From Eukaryota sp. TZLM1-RC (Eukaryota; Protista; Metamonada: BaSk clade), in assembly GCA_040285825.1 (NCBI GenBank), contig JAUPSS010000006.1, positions 248,001 to 312,000 of the forward strand: a stretch of 64,000 nt of DNA, written 5' to 3'. The number at the start of each line of letters is the position of its first letter. Within the stretch, counting starts at the first letter, position 1. Below, one piece after another: positions 37,076 through 50,960 of this stretch. Below the pieces are notes generated by a model. The model did no database searches and was not told where the DNA came from. It saw nothing but the letters and a program-made list of their open reading frames with translations. Both the position numbers and the translations under genes were made by a program.

Positions 37076-39888
37076 ATCTTTCTTCTCTTTCGACTGCGTT
37101 CATGTCGAAGGAGCCAAGAACCACTGCGCCGACTATTTGTCTTGAGCCAACTTTACGAACTCCGTCCCCAAGAAGAAGAAAGAAGAGAAGAAGACCAGAC
37201 GTATCTTTGATAACCCTGCCCCTGCCCTGTGTCACATGATGACTCACCAAGATCAGACCAAATCCCTTTTGTGGAACTATCTGAACCTTGATGATTTGAG
37301 ATACAACTCCTCCCGTCATTGGTATGACATTGCTTACAGTGTAGTGGCTTATCTGAACTCTTTGAAACACCTTATTCACTATAACGTCAACCCAGAACAT
37401 CCCAGGTTTTTCTGCATGTACCATTTGCAAATCTGTGAACAGGTGGAACCAGTCACCTGTTCACCTACGCATGTACACCATAAGGCATTTATCCAACGAA
37501 ATCGAAACAAATGCTCATTTACTTATTGTGACAAAAATGTTACAATTGAAAATGTGAACCCAATGACCCATCAGTAGCCTGGTGATGTTTTAAAATGTGG
37601 GTACTGTAATTTATCAGAAGTTTTTTTTGAGTGGGGAAGGTGTAGCTGTTACAATCAACGTCAACTTCATTGACGTGGACAAAGAAACGTACAAAGCGTG
37701 GCAGCAAGAGCGAGTACAGCAAGAGGTTATCAAAATGCAAGTTGAAGATTTAAAAGAGCTCAGCACAGGTTTATTGGCTCCATTAACCATTTGGAAATAC
37801 TGGGCCTCTCTTGTGCTGAAGATACAGATGACCCTTATTTGGCGTGTGCTTAAACGTTGAGAAATGGTTACAGTGCGTGGTAACAGTGCTTCTCATTCGT
37901 TATTGCAAATGAGGAAATAATTCATAACCAAAATTGTTGTAAGTATTAAACCTACAAAGATCCAAAAACATGTAGACTATACAAACACACGTAATCAGAT
38001 CTTTCTTGACCGTAATCAACCTGAAACAGTGAAAAACTGAATGATTGATGACTACTCAGTCGTTTATGTATTTATGATATGAGACTCAAAATAAAGAGAA
38101 TTACTCTCAATATTTGATAGAGAATCTGATAAAAACGAATCAATTTAAAAATAAAATGAGGAACAACGAAATCCAAAAAAATAAATGTTGCATAGGTGAT
38201 CTTGTAAATCAGAAAATAAAATTGAAGAGAGAAATTCAACAAACGTAACTGAACAATTTAAAATTAATTAAATGGCAACATAGATGAAGCAGAAAAGATT
38301 CATGGTAAACAATATTAAAATCAGTAATAGTAATTGATAATAATCAAATACAACAACAAATGAAATGACAATTATTATGCAATAAAAGCAAAATACATTT
38401 GAATAAGGAGAAAAAGAAATTAACAAAGTCTTTCCAGTCTTAGAGGTAGTGACACTCATCCAAAACCACAGGAAATTAACACTAATAAAAAGAGATTAAA
38501 AAAATCCAGAGTGAGAAGCAGGAAAATAAGTAAACATCATAGAAACTAAAACTCAAATTCAAAGTAACCATTAATAGCAGTTGAACCACGAACAAGAACA
38601 GTTTCTAAATCAAAAGTAGATTCAGTAACAATAGATTGAAATTGACAACCAACAACAACCTAACCTCGGTTAAGGCAAAATGTGACAACATTCATTGTCA
38701 GTTCCGATAAACTAGTAGTAAACAAACAAAGTAGAGACTCTATAATTCAAAAAACAATTGTTTTAAAAAAGTCAACACAAATTCAGACTAGGCTGAACGA
38801 AAAAAAGAACGTAAACCTATTAAGCCAAAAAGATATTCGAAAGAACAAAAACAATTGAAGGGTCAAGTTAAGGGTTGAGCAGACAAAGTGGGTCATGATG
38901 GATGGTGTTGCAAGCTTGCTACAATATCATAGTCAGTAATGGTAAGTGATAATAAACAAATCCAAGATCAAATGAAGAGGTTCATCAATAGCGAATTCAT
39001 TGATAACTTTAGAATTAGAATCAACTGGACCTAACATTTGACATTGGTGAAATCCAAAACTTTGGCCAATTAAACCTTGAAGAAAAAAAATTTTGGGACA
39101 AAATGGCAAAAATCCAAAAGTATTCGGGCACAAAGTTTTTACAAGCACGGTATAGAAAAAAAAATTCCGACATGTCGGCTGATGGTTGAATTATGAGGAT
39201 GAATAAATGAAAAACACCAATGTCCCAGGTTCGAGTCCCACCTATTCCAAAAAACAAAACAAGAGTCCGATTTTCAAGTCTCAGTAATGAAGAATTAAGT
39301 TGTAAAGCAAGTTGTAAAGCAAGTTTTGAGGTTCAATGATGTTGAATGAAACAAATAGCGGTCGACTGACGGGACAATAGGGAGACAACATGATGAGCAT
39401 TGATCCGAAAGGAAACGAGCATCAAGAGAGAAAGAGATAATTGTTAGCAATGACAACAAAAACAGAATCAAGAAGAGAGATCAAGACCAAAAGCAGTATC
39501 GAAATGATGTTGACGGCAGCAGAACAGAGCGTCTACCATTCTGTGTAGATGAGGGGAAGAGATAAGCAAGTACAATCCCAGAAGGATCAATACCAAAGGA
39601 GAAAGGAGTTGAAGAGGGAGTTGAAGAGGGGAAGTGAAAGTGAAAATCACAGTCTGCTAGAAAGTTCAAGTTCCCAACTTCAGCATCGATATTTGCAACC
39701 AAACCAAACTAAAACTTGCATCAATATAAACTCAAAACGTCTTGAGATTCATGGTAATCCACATATGTTTTTCAAACAACTGAATAGAATTTATAAATTA
39801 AATTGATAAACAATATTTATTTAAAAATGCAAGACAAGTAGTAATTGAATAACAACAAATACAAAACAAGGTGTATAATTCTAGTATC

Positions 39889-40562
39889 ATGAGTGACAAT
39901 ATTCAAGTATGTTTATATAATGGATTAACCATAGAAGACAGATAGTGCTCAATCAGAGACAGAGAGTGTTGTACAAGAATCTAATCCACCCAATGTACCA
40001 ACTCCACATGACGCCCACGAGTCGAGTACTGATGATAGTTCTGTAAGAATTCCTATTGTGCTAACCACAGATCCAATCTGAATCCCCTGACTCTAGTTCT
40101 GAAGAAGTTCTAATCCATTCACCACCACCTCCTAGGGACACACTACTGAAAATAACTCTAGGTAGTTTCATCAGTCATTTTGGTGTCCCAGCAGTACTTA
40201 CTACTGTTGCTGATATGGTGGATGTTAGAGCAAGAAGAACTGGTAGCAGTGTTGAACCAACTAAAACACAAAGGACTGCTATTCAGCCGGTGAGCGATGA
40301 AACCAGTGTACCCGTGTCTACTAAGAGAGTTCACTGGACCCCCCAAGAAAGTAAAAACCTGTGGATTCTGTGGAAAAACACAGATCCAAATCCTTGCCGC
40401 AGAAACAACTGGAAACGAATTCTAGAAACTGGACACATGCAAAGTGCTTTTTGTGCTGATCGCAACCCTGGTAAGCTCAAAGACCGTCTCCGTTGGCTCC
40501 AGGACAATCCTCATTATGGTAAAGAGCAAGATTTCCCAGAGGATGAGAAAGAGGATCAATAG
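39889..40562 (+). CDS. Intact spliced telobox/TRF-like Myb protein, 205 aa; exons 39889-39906, 39935-40042, 40071-40562
   Basis: Two 28-nt GT..AG introns give one open frame; C-terminal HWTPQESKNL..NWKRIL..F..RNPGKLKDRLRWL. Confidence 0.8.
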
Positions 40563-42731
40563 TTTTGTCTTGTTTTGGTTGAATAAATTTTGGATTGAAT
40601 ATTTGATCTTCTTATTCCGATTCATAAACTTCCTGTTTTATTGTTTATGAACACTAGTGCACTGAAACCAACAGTAATTACTGTATACCCGAGAAAATCC
40701 ACTCCCGTCTCTGCCTCCGCCAGCGTAGCTTTAGTAGCCCCGTATTTAGAACATACCAGTCAAAAATCCATCTCCCGCTATGTTGAGGTTTATTAACCTC
40801 AAATAAACAATATTGGGAATTGTTTTTATCACAACATTTTCTATTAATAAAATTGCATCTCTTTGCCTACAGCAAATCAATAATTATTATATATTTTTAT
40901 TATATTAGTGGTTTTATTTGAAACTTTCACATATAGAAAAATGAACTAGAATTTAAATTCAATTATTCAATTAAAAATGATATCTTAAAAAAACAAATAA
41001 CTTACAACACAACTTTGTCTGAAGATAAATCTACTTCTAACTTTCAAAAACAATTTAAAATATCTTTAGTAATATATAATCTATTCCTGGTGGAAAAAGG
41101 AAATACATAATACGTAATGGAGATGAGAATGGAAATATTAGTGAAAGTAAACTGATTGTTCTTGAATCATCTATCTTTGCTGAAATAATTATTTGGGAAC
41201 AATATTTTAAGATACAAATAAATAAAATTGGTTTCATTTGATACCTTTATTATATTAACATTATTCTTTTGAAAGGGAGAATTCAAATTGAAACTTCATT
41301 TTTTGATTTTAAATTTGTGATGTGGTATACGCAACTCCAGCATCCTTCATGGATTCATTGACCATATTATCATTAGTCAGTGATAAGGGAACTGTATAAC
41401 TATAGAAATTATAATTGTCATATTAAAGCTCAATCATATTGTTGTTATTGTGTTACATGGTGTAAAATAACTATAAGTTAATTTGAAATTTTTATAACAA
41501 AATGTTATTTAAAAGTATAAATTTAATATATTCGCACAATAATTCAGTTAAATAATAACATAAATTTACCCACTTGCAGAAATTGCCGTAATATTTAACA
41601 AATATATTACAAATATATTAAATCCTGTAACTGTTTTTTACAAATCATACTGACTTTTGATTGGTATCGTATTATTTATTTCAATAAATTACCTAGCTTT
41701 GAGACCAAAACAGTGGGAGGCGACTTCAATCTCTTGGAGTTTGCTGTTCATCCTCCAACAACCGTAACCACTGTAGAAACAGCAATGACATGGACTTTTG
41801 AATGTCTATTGGCTATAACTACCCCTTATTATATCCAAGAATATTGCCATTGCTTATTCCGAGTCATGGGCTTTCAATTTGCGGATAGGTGATACTAGTC
41901 AGCAATTGGGAATGTTCCAATTATCGGTGGTAATGCTCAGATTTAGCAAGACATTGTATTTGGATACAATTGTAAAGTATGAAATCACTATTCCAATTGT
42001 GTCTCTCATATCTGATGAACAAATGGAAGATTTTATAGATTTCCATGGTATTTACTAGTTTGCTATATTTGATGAATAAACAAGGATGTCAATGGTCATT
42101 ATTAATAAAGAGAAAGTGGAGGAAACATAAAACTTGTTTGAATCATCCTTTTCTACGGACTGGGCATATTGAAGATACTCAAAATACCCAGGTCTTGGCG
42201 TTCTTTCAATGACTCATTCATGTTTATATAAAACAATGAATTACAAGGGTTTTCAGTAAATGCTTGCAAGAATATGGTAGATGCTGATACAGAAGGTGTA
42301 GCATTGGCAGTGGAAGCATCATTATGTTGTATAGTAGAGTGTTGTTATTGGACTTTGTAGACACTGATTGAATTGAAGTTGTTGATAAAAATTTTGAACA
42401 AATAGGAACTGATCTTTATTTGGATGTTCTATCATCCATAGTTTGTTTGCCATTTCTTGTAATAAACCATATTCCCCTTAATTCATTTTATTTGTGATTC
42501 AGTGAAACAAAAAATATATAAACATTGGTCACCACACTTTTTTGGTGACATTTTTGGTATGGACTTGACAAATAGACGAATCTGAGAACAAATGAAAAGT
42601 TTCATCAATAGCGCATTCACTGTTACCTTCAGAATCAGAATTAAATAGACCTAACATTCTTGACATTGGTTCAACAGTAAATGATTCAGTAATAAACTAA
42701 TGAAAAATCTGGTGAAAAATAAATTAATTGA

Positions 42732-44122
42732 ATGGGGAACATGAAAAACCGACAGGTCGCTGACCTATTGTTCGGTGTTCGAGTCCGGGTGGGTGAAATC
42801 GACAGCTGGACTCGTGTTCCTAAGGACCACTTCGAGCAGTTCATGATTCAGATGTTTCTAAACGAGTCTCCTCCTCGGATTCCTTCGGTTGAAGAAGATG
42901 GAGACAACTTTAAGTTCTTGCTGATGCCCCAACCCTATGATCCATTGACTCATCCAGATCCGGATTGTCTCATGGATTTCTATCCATTCCGTTTGGATAG
43001 AGAATCAGCAGTCGAACCTAATCCAGGCCAAGTTTTCGCCGCTCGTAGTGCTTACGGTCAGGAGCTCTCGAGAGTATGGAACTCGTTGGAAAACCCTCCT
43101 CCTCTCAGAAGTCTCCCAGCTAATCCCGAAACCACTCCCATAGCTTCTGGTCAAGAGAAAGTAGCTGTTCATGGTGAGGATGAAGACGGTAACCCATGCG
43201 TTTTCTGGGTACCCAGGAGTCAAGTTCTCTCTCCTGATCCCTCCATCCCGAAACCTCTTTCTGGAGATTTGTCCGTTTCGGATCTCATGTCAAAATGGAT
43301 TGGAATATCTCCAATTACCAGAGTAGATGGATAAAATTCATATCGCAGGTCGGCTTCGTCGTCAATCAATCTATGGGTATGAGAGATACATTAGCTATCG
43401 ATCGCTTCCAACCCCATCAAGAGGTAATCAAGCTCGAAGAATGGGACCTTGCGTTCTCTATTCTCGACAACCTCGAAATTGACCCTCTCTTTAACGAGCT
43501 TTTCAATCATTGGACGTATTCTTCCGTCTACGTTAAACGTCGTTTAAGTGATTTCATTGATGTCCTCTCCAAATTTTATAACAACTGGTGTAATACCAGA
43601 ACCTTCGAGGAACAAAAGCGAGCTCGGAAATCTGTCAGAAACTTCTCTGGTCGGGGAGCTCAAGGTCCTATGTTCGGTGGGAGACCCCATCCCCAAGACC
43701 AAAAGCTCGTCGACACATATGATTATGTCGAACAAATATCGACCAATAAGGAGCAGCTCAGACGCAGAGTCAAAAATCTAAAGAAACGCTCTGTCAAAGA
43801 CGATAAGTCCGCTGCGTTTTCTTCTGACATCTGTGAATTTTGCAAAGAACCTGGACACACGGTTAAAGAATGCCTTCATCCTCACTGCAAGAGATCCTCA
43901 GTTCCCAAAAACAAGCGTCGTAGTTTAGATAGTTTTAGTAGTGATAACAATAAACGTTCTCGTAGTTATAGAATCAATACAATCAAATACATCAAATACA
44001 TCGCAGATTCACTCTCTACCAACGTCAATCCATCTTCAGATCATACTACTGACTCTTTCAAACAATCGTTTACGACATCATCACATTCTCCTCCCAAACG
44101 CCTCTTAAATCCTTTGAGCACA
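42732..44122 (+). mobile_element. LTR retrotransposon gag-like region, frameshifted, cut off by the repeat block
   Basis: CX2CX4HX4C zinc knuckle CEFCKEPGHTVKEC; GC-richer than the flanks. Confidence 0.7.
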
Positions 44123-45756
44123 TCCTCAAATTAATTCATAAATGAAGTTGTTGTAAGTATTAAACCTACAAATATCCAAAAACATGTTGATTATACAAAC
44201 ACACGTAATCAGATCTTTCTTGACCGTAATCAACTTCAAACAGTTAAAAAGTGAATGATTGATGATAACTCAGTCGTTTATGTATTTATTAATAGAGACT
44301 CAAAATAAAGTGAATTACTCTCAATATTTGGTAGAGACTCCAATCAAATAATAGTAAACAAAAATCAGCGAAAAAACACAAAATCAAAATCAAAAATTCA
44401 CATAAATTAACCTTATAATGCATAATGCATTTCATTTTGTTCTTTCTTTCTTTTGACTCCATTGGAATCAGAAACCGATTCTGGTAACAATAGATAGTTG
44501 TAGTGGTAACAATAGATTGAATTCGCAACCAAAAAATACATTACCGAAATCAACATGAGAATCAGCAAGTGTAAAAATCTCATTAATAGCACATCTACTT
44601 ACATCATTACCATTAGAATCAACTGAACCAAGAGTTTTAACATTAGTGAAAACCAACCTTAAGTCATGTACAGTAATCAATGATTAATTTTAGATTCATG
44701 GTTGAAATATGGGTTGTTTAATGATTGAATTTACATAATTTCCAAGATAAATTTGAAAACGAAAATGGTCATTATACATAAAAAATTACAAGTAGAAAAT
44801 GGAAATATCAGCAAAAAATGATCAGCTGTAGATCAGCTGTAAGGGACCACTGAAGCAAATTGAAAATTCAAAATTTGAAGCAAAAACCCAATTTGCTTAA
44901 CAATTAGGGTTCTGGGTTCGAGTCCCATGTACTTCCAAAAAATTACCCAACCTTCCACGTGCTAATCCTTTGACATTGATTGATGAAATGTAATAGAATA
45001 ACAGCTAGAAAATGCAAAATAAAAAATTCCATGTACACTAACAGGAAGGAAAGTTGAGAATGTAGAGTCAGAGAGGAGTTATTGGAGTGAAAGAAAGGAT
45101 AATATTTGAAATCAGAAAGCATGGGAGGACTTAGGGTAATGTCAGTAGTTTAAAAGAAGAGAAATGATTGAAGTTTTCACAGCATCATTCACAGAGGAGG
45201 ATGGTGTAGAACGACAAACACCGTTAGAGGAACAAGGTGATGTAAGGTGACGTAAGAAAAGAAGATAAAGTGCATGAACTAAACTAAGAATAAGACGAGT
45301 TGGGTTGGCAAGGTTTCAGAGGATATCTGAAATGTTTACAGTTTTTCATTTTCAAACTTACGATCGATCGGATGGGCAAAAGAAAATAAAATTTCATCCA
45401 CAAGAGCATATAAACCCTTTAACATTATTCTTTTGAAAAGAGTAATTCAATTTTAAACTTCATTTTTCGCTTTTGAATTTCATGATGTGGTGTACGCAAA
45501 TCCAGTGTCCTTCATGGATTCATTGACCATAATGCTATTTGTCAGTGATCAGTGGTCTATATAACCAATGACAATTATACCCATGCCTTGAGTTTCGCAT
45601 TCCATGCATCAGGATACACCAATTTAATCATTTTCTGTCCGACCCGTTGCTCTTTCAGTTCAATGGTTCTGGAATAGTGTATGTTAAAATAGTGTTCGAA
45701 TTCACCTCAGCTCACTTTACCTCACTTCACTTTTTTTTGTTCTAAATTGTTCGAAA

Positions 45757-46330
45757 TTGATAACTTATCGTTCTTCATTACATAATGCTGTTAGAGACAC
45801 TGTTTGTAATATGACACAAACTGCAAGAATATTGTGTATCAAAGAACCTCTGCTGAATGAAACCCTGTCTCTGAATAATTTTGGTTCTGATGATAGAGGT
45901 GATGTATGCTGTGATTGTATTGATAACTTTGAAGCTATTGTTGACTTTGTCTCATGTAATGTTGCAAATGACACTTTGGTTCACAGAAGAAAACTTAATC
46001 TTGTAAGTGCTCTTGAATTTAAAGCAAAAGAAAAACATAGAAAATCTGACAAAGATATCGAAGAAGCTAATGCTGGTAGAAATACAGAACTAGTCTTTAT
46101 TGCTTTCCCATTTTCGATAAACGAAAAACTATCAGTAGAAACAGAAACTTTTTTGGATGACTTTTAAAAAATGGTTCAAGAAAAAACAATGAAAAGATTT
46201 GGTATTTTTCATGGCGCTTTCAGAATCAATTTGCAAATATTGATAAATTACCTCGGTTTTTCAATCGAATAAGAGAAGCTTTAGCTAGACAGCAAGCAGA
46301 TCGAGATTTTGTAGAGGAAGTCTTGGTTCA
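45757..46330 (+). mobile_element. Second RLE non-LTR retrotransposon 3' fragment
   Basis: LHNAVRD..EPLL..RGDV..VDF..KEKHRK..PFSI. Confidence 0.65.
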
Positions 46331-47712
46331 ATGATATTCGTCCCATTAGTAATGAATTAAATTAATTAAATGTACATGTTCAATAAATATTAATTACTCC
46401 TCGTATTGCATTTTTAAATAAATTTTGTTTATCAACTTCAATTTTTCAAACACTAGTCAATAAATTAAAATACATCCAATGTGTTTACAGTGGGTGTATA
46501 CAATATTGGGAGTGATTTATTCTACTATTTTATGAAGAAAACCCGACATTGAATTCTTTCTTAAACTCCAATTAACCGACACTGACCTTTTTCTCAATCT
46601 CACTTAAACACATGTCTGATTTTCATGTTCAACAATCAACGTCTCTGGAGACCATCTCGCGAACCCTTTTCAACTCAGTTGACTGCTTATACCAGTACAC
46701 GAAATCCGTCATACTCAGATACTCCTTTCGATTGCGTCTTTGCAATCAGAAACGCCATTGCCAGAAGAACAAATGACCATTGGTTGGTGTACATTCCTTC
46801 TTCAGGTATCGTATCGTTTCTTCTTCAATCTAGCAAATTTAGATTGAATCTCGGTATTTAACGACGACTCAGACGTTGAGCGTTGAAGAAGTCTTTTGGA
46901 TATTGCCTGGATCTGATTTGGGGCTGTTAGTGTGTGTGGGGCAAGTTCCTGTGAATCTGATGGAGAAGTGGATTGGTCATCACGTTGATCGTCAGAGGAT
47001 GAGTTGACAGAGATGTGAATGAAAGAATAAACTTGTCAATTACCTGCATTCCTGCAATGTTCACAACCTATCAACAAATTGACTAAACTTCTCGGTATCT
47101 ACTTGTAAAACACTACTTGATACTGTGTTGAAGTTGCGATCACTCAAAGATTTGCCAAAAAACACTGCTAAAACTAAGACTGAAGAACAAATTATCCAAT
47201 TTATTGGTAAAAAATGAATACAATTGAAGGAAGATCAGTTCAATTATGAAAAGAGTTTATTAAAGAAAATTGATATAGAAATTGCAGAATTTATTCACCT
47301 TTTACTTGTTTCATTTCTTTGTCCAACTGAACTTTCAGAAAATGCGGAAAACCAATATGATTATAGTACTGAATTTGGAAGTTAGTTTGAATTCATTTCT
47401 CAATAAACAATTTTATTCATTTTTTCAATTTCAAGTGACAATATCTATTCACATATACACAGTTTAAATGATACAGAAATAGCCATAACGTTTTATCGTG
47501 CTTACCAGGCATCTGTAGCCAAATGGAGAAACCAAGTGTTTTCTCTATCACTGGCTTCTACACAAAGAAAAGTATTTTTGATGTTCAATTGTATTTTATA
47601 TTACACTTAACCCAGATTTTACATTTTTCTTTCTGTTGGTAAATTTTTTCAGTAGATAATTTTGTCTAACAACTTTATTGAACATACAAGCGAAAGATAC
47701 GGTTGGTGCATT

Positions 47713-48240
47713 CTAACAAATGCAAAATTCACAAATGGTACTAATGTGGGATTTAGGGATATATACTGGATTTCGAATTGGTGATTTGATCGAAAAAAGG
47801 ATGTGATTAATCAAAACGGTACGCCTAAGCGACATCTGACTCTCCAGGAGGAAAAAACAAATAAACTGCGGAAGGCTGTCTTGACCAAACCCATCCAAAA
47901 AGACATATTGGCCAGTTTCAGCAACAGAGCTGATCCCAAGAAAAATTTTTATTTCCAGCATTTATGTCAACATTCATCAGTTCCCCTCCATAATAGAGTA
48001 TTAAGGAGCCCTTTGTGATTTCTTCATCTGCAAAGACACTGATACCTACACCCTGAAAGTCAGACTCTTTAGTACAGAGCTTGTCACAACAAAGTGGCAT
48101 GAAAAATGATGTGGTATCATTGTTTCTTGCTGGAGGGGTGAGATGGGGGTATACGGGGAGATAAAACTCCATGTTGGTAATATCAGCAGTTTTAGGATGA
48201 TTGAGTTACACGGAGCTGGAGAAGGAATAACATATAGCAA
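47713..48240 (-). pseudogene. SET-domain pseudogene
   Basis: KESDFQGVGISVFADEEITKGSLILYYGGE, then a frame change to YVFLDG..PQFI. Confidence 0.65.
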
Positions 48241-48549
48241 GTTAATATATATACCAAGTCAATGGATTGAAATTGTTGTAAACAACACTCAGAATTTCTT
48301 CACAGAACATATAAATGATTTATGAAAGAGTTGTATGACTTTTGGAAAAATGTGTTTTTAATCAACTTTATTTCAAAAAATTAACTACTGCTTACGCTTT
48401 TTAATTTTGGTTCGTTGAACAACAGGAGGTGGACGATTTCCTGGAATAATCTTCTGCTGAGGTTTCTTCATTTCTTTTTTCTACCAAACTGTGTTGATGT
48501 GAAACAGAACTGTTACTATTAAAATCATTATTTATTACAAACAATAAAA

Positions 48550-48890
48550 TTATTTAGGAACAGCATCAGAATCACGGTTTAAACCAGAAATGGAGTTTGG
48601 AAGAGGAGCACCATCAGCCAAGTAAGACACAAATAGTTCTTCATCTACTTCAATTCTTCGGAGAGCACGATATGCAATGCCTGTAATTACATCTTCTTCA
48701 TTCACTCCATCATTGATCGTGACATCTTCCACAATTGCATACACATTACATTGATTACCCATTGATTAGGCGGTATTTACCATCCACCCTGGTCCATATT
48801 CATTTAATTTACGGCTAGCGTCAACATGAAGATCATTATTTTCGTCAATTGTCCATTTATAACCAAAAATACCTTCTGGATTTGCATTCT
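48550..48890 (-). pseudogene. SET C-terminal half, paralog of the 5707 ORF
   Basis: HVDAS..EYGPGWMVNTA*..NVYAI..IAYRALRRIEVDEELFVSY. Confidence 0.75.
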
Positions 48891-49614
48891 ATTACAACGG
48901 TGTTTAACTGTTTTCAATCGGACCAATTGGTGTTTATAAATTCACGGATGGATGTGAAGAAAAAATTTGATGAAAATGAACAAAATTTAATGGAATATGT
49001 CAATTATGTTAAACAACCTTTTGTTAATTTATCAAAAGAAAATATAATCAATCAAATGTATTTTGATATTCGACAATATAAAAAAACCACAAAGGATTAT
49101 TTTGAAGATGAAACGAATTTAGAAGCACATCAAACTCGACAATTTACACCAAATGAAATCATTTAATGTTGAAATCAATTCCATAAATTCAATTCAAAGC
49201 CAACTGATCGAGATTTTTTTATTCATTGGGTTTGATAATTCATCTGAAATTAATTTTGAGGGTTGTTTGTTTTGTTATGATTATCCAGTATGGAAATGTG
49301 AAAAACAAGAACGAATAGTTTTGATTGATGATCAAGAACACAAACTATATACTAAACACATGATTCAATTAACAATATTACCTTGTTGTAAAATTTTAGG
49401 AAATGGTTTTCATTCCTTCTTTATTTTACCTGGTTACGAATTTTTAATAATGGATGAAACTCATTATATTGTTTTGCTAAAAAATGATCGTGTAAAAAAA
49501 GATGAATTTAATTAACTAAAATGTCACCTCCACACAGAAAAGGTAAAACAAGGAAAATCTCAAAACAATCTAAATTGATTAAAAAGCCATCGAGAAATGT
49601 TGTTAACAATTATT

Positions 49615-50508
49615 GTTAATGCTCGGTATCACAACGTTTAAAAATACCAAAAGTTACCCACTATTTTTCTCTCAAACTTGTCAATTAATGAAACTCCGCA
49701 CGTCCATTAACGATAAAAATAACAGCCAATTGATGGACATATTTATGAATATTTGGATTGATAAATTTGATACGAGTAATGAGAAACTGGTGATGATATT
49801 TTCAATTTGGAAAATGTATTTGTAAACAAGGTCAATAGCCTTGAATCCTCAATATAATCAAAACAGCTTTTGGCAAACACGCCCCCACGCAATAAGGACG
49901 AAACCAGTTAAAAGGTCCTTTTCAAAGTTCTAGAGAGAATTCTAGAAGTGGTCGACCCAAATCTTCAGAGCAAAGGTGTAGCTTATGCAAAACCAACAAA
50001 CATCCTGAAGAAAAATGTTTTAAAATGTTGGGAAGACCTGGTTCAAAAAAGCGCGAGGGAGGAGATAAACGTAATAGTAAACGTAGTACAAATAAATCAG
50101 ATGAATATACATCTTTTAATAATAACCTTACACATAATTCAGTCAACAATATTTATACAATGAGCAAAATTGATACGAATTATAGACACCTCAATCCATT
50201 AAAAAGATTTAAAGAGTCGTCCAATCCTGTCGGTTCAATCCACAGTGCTAGACTATTCAGGGTGACAGGAGACTAAACAAGTTCTAACGGGGAACTTTGG
50301 TTGAACTGTTCAATAAACAATGTGAAAGTACAGGGCGAAATTGATAATGGAGCTGCATTATCAGCATTATCAATGGTTGATTAAATATCCGATGAGAAAT
50401 TTTGCTAAATTTAGAAAACAACCAACAATACTAGTCAAATCAGTTTTTTGAAGATATTCAATAGTTGATCAACAACCACCATTACAATTAGTTTCAAGAA
50501 GTCCTCCA
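49615..50508 (+). repeat. Duplication, inverted copy at ~61645-62527; begins with an SF3 helicase B'/C fragment
   Basis: Near-identical ORFs 49613/62317 and 50025/61860; VNARYHNV*KYQKLPTIFLSN. Confidence 0.9.
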
Positions 50509-50629
50509 AAATTAACACAACACCAGCTTAAAAAAGATGAAACTAAAATAATGATTCACTATGAATTGGTAAAGGTCCAACTACTCTGGATTTTCAATAT
50601 AATATTTCAAAAAACATATTCAATAAAAT

Positions 50630-50960
50630 GATGATATATTTTCCAGAACAATGTGAGAGTAACATTGAAAGACTTGCTTAATTATGTGTTAAACGTGATG
50701 CAAATCCATACCAAATCACACACATGATCATTCCTCCACAATCTGGTTCTGTGACACCTGTCGAAAAAATATTAACAACAGATGTTTCCCCAAAATATGT
50801 AAAACGATTGAAAGAACATGATTTAGTTGTATTGGGGTGGATTCATACTCATCCATAAAATGCTACTCTCTCTCCCTCAGTAACAGATGTGAAAAATCAT
50901 TCACAATTCGCACTGAATGAAAAACACATTGGAATTATTATGAATGTATTACTACGAGGT
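50630..50960 (+). pseudogene. JAMM/MPN+ (AMSH-like) deubiquitinase pseudogene
   Basis: ITHMIIPPQSGS..LVVLGWIHTHP*NATLSPSVTDVKNH. Confidence 0.75.

Noticed and set aside
37935-37957. AAGTATTAA in a weak hairpin of the repeat block as a CRESS-like nick site
   Set aside because: Mismatch at the critical last base, imperfect stem, altered in two copies, and likely by chance in AT-rich DNA
44895-44937. Functional tRNA genes at the GGTTCGAGTCCC sites
   Set aside because: No D-arm or matching 5' acceptor strand could be found; only the 3' portion is present
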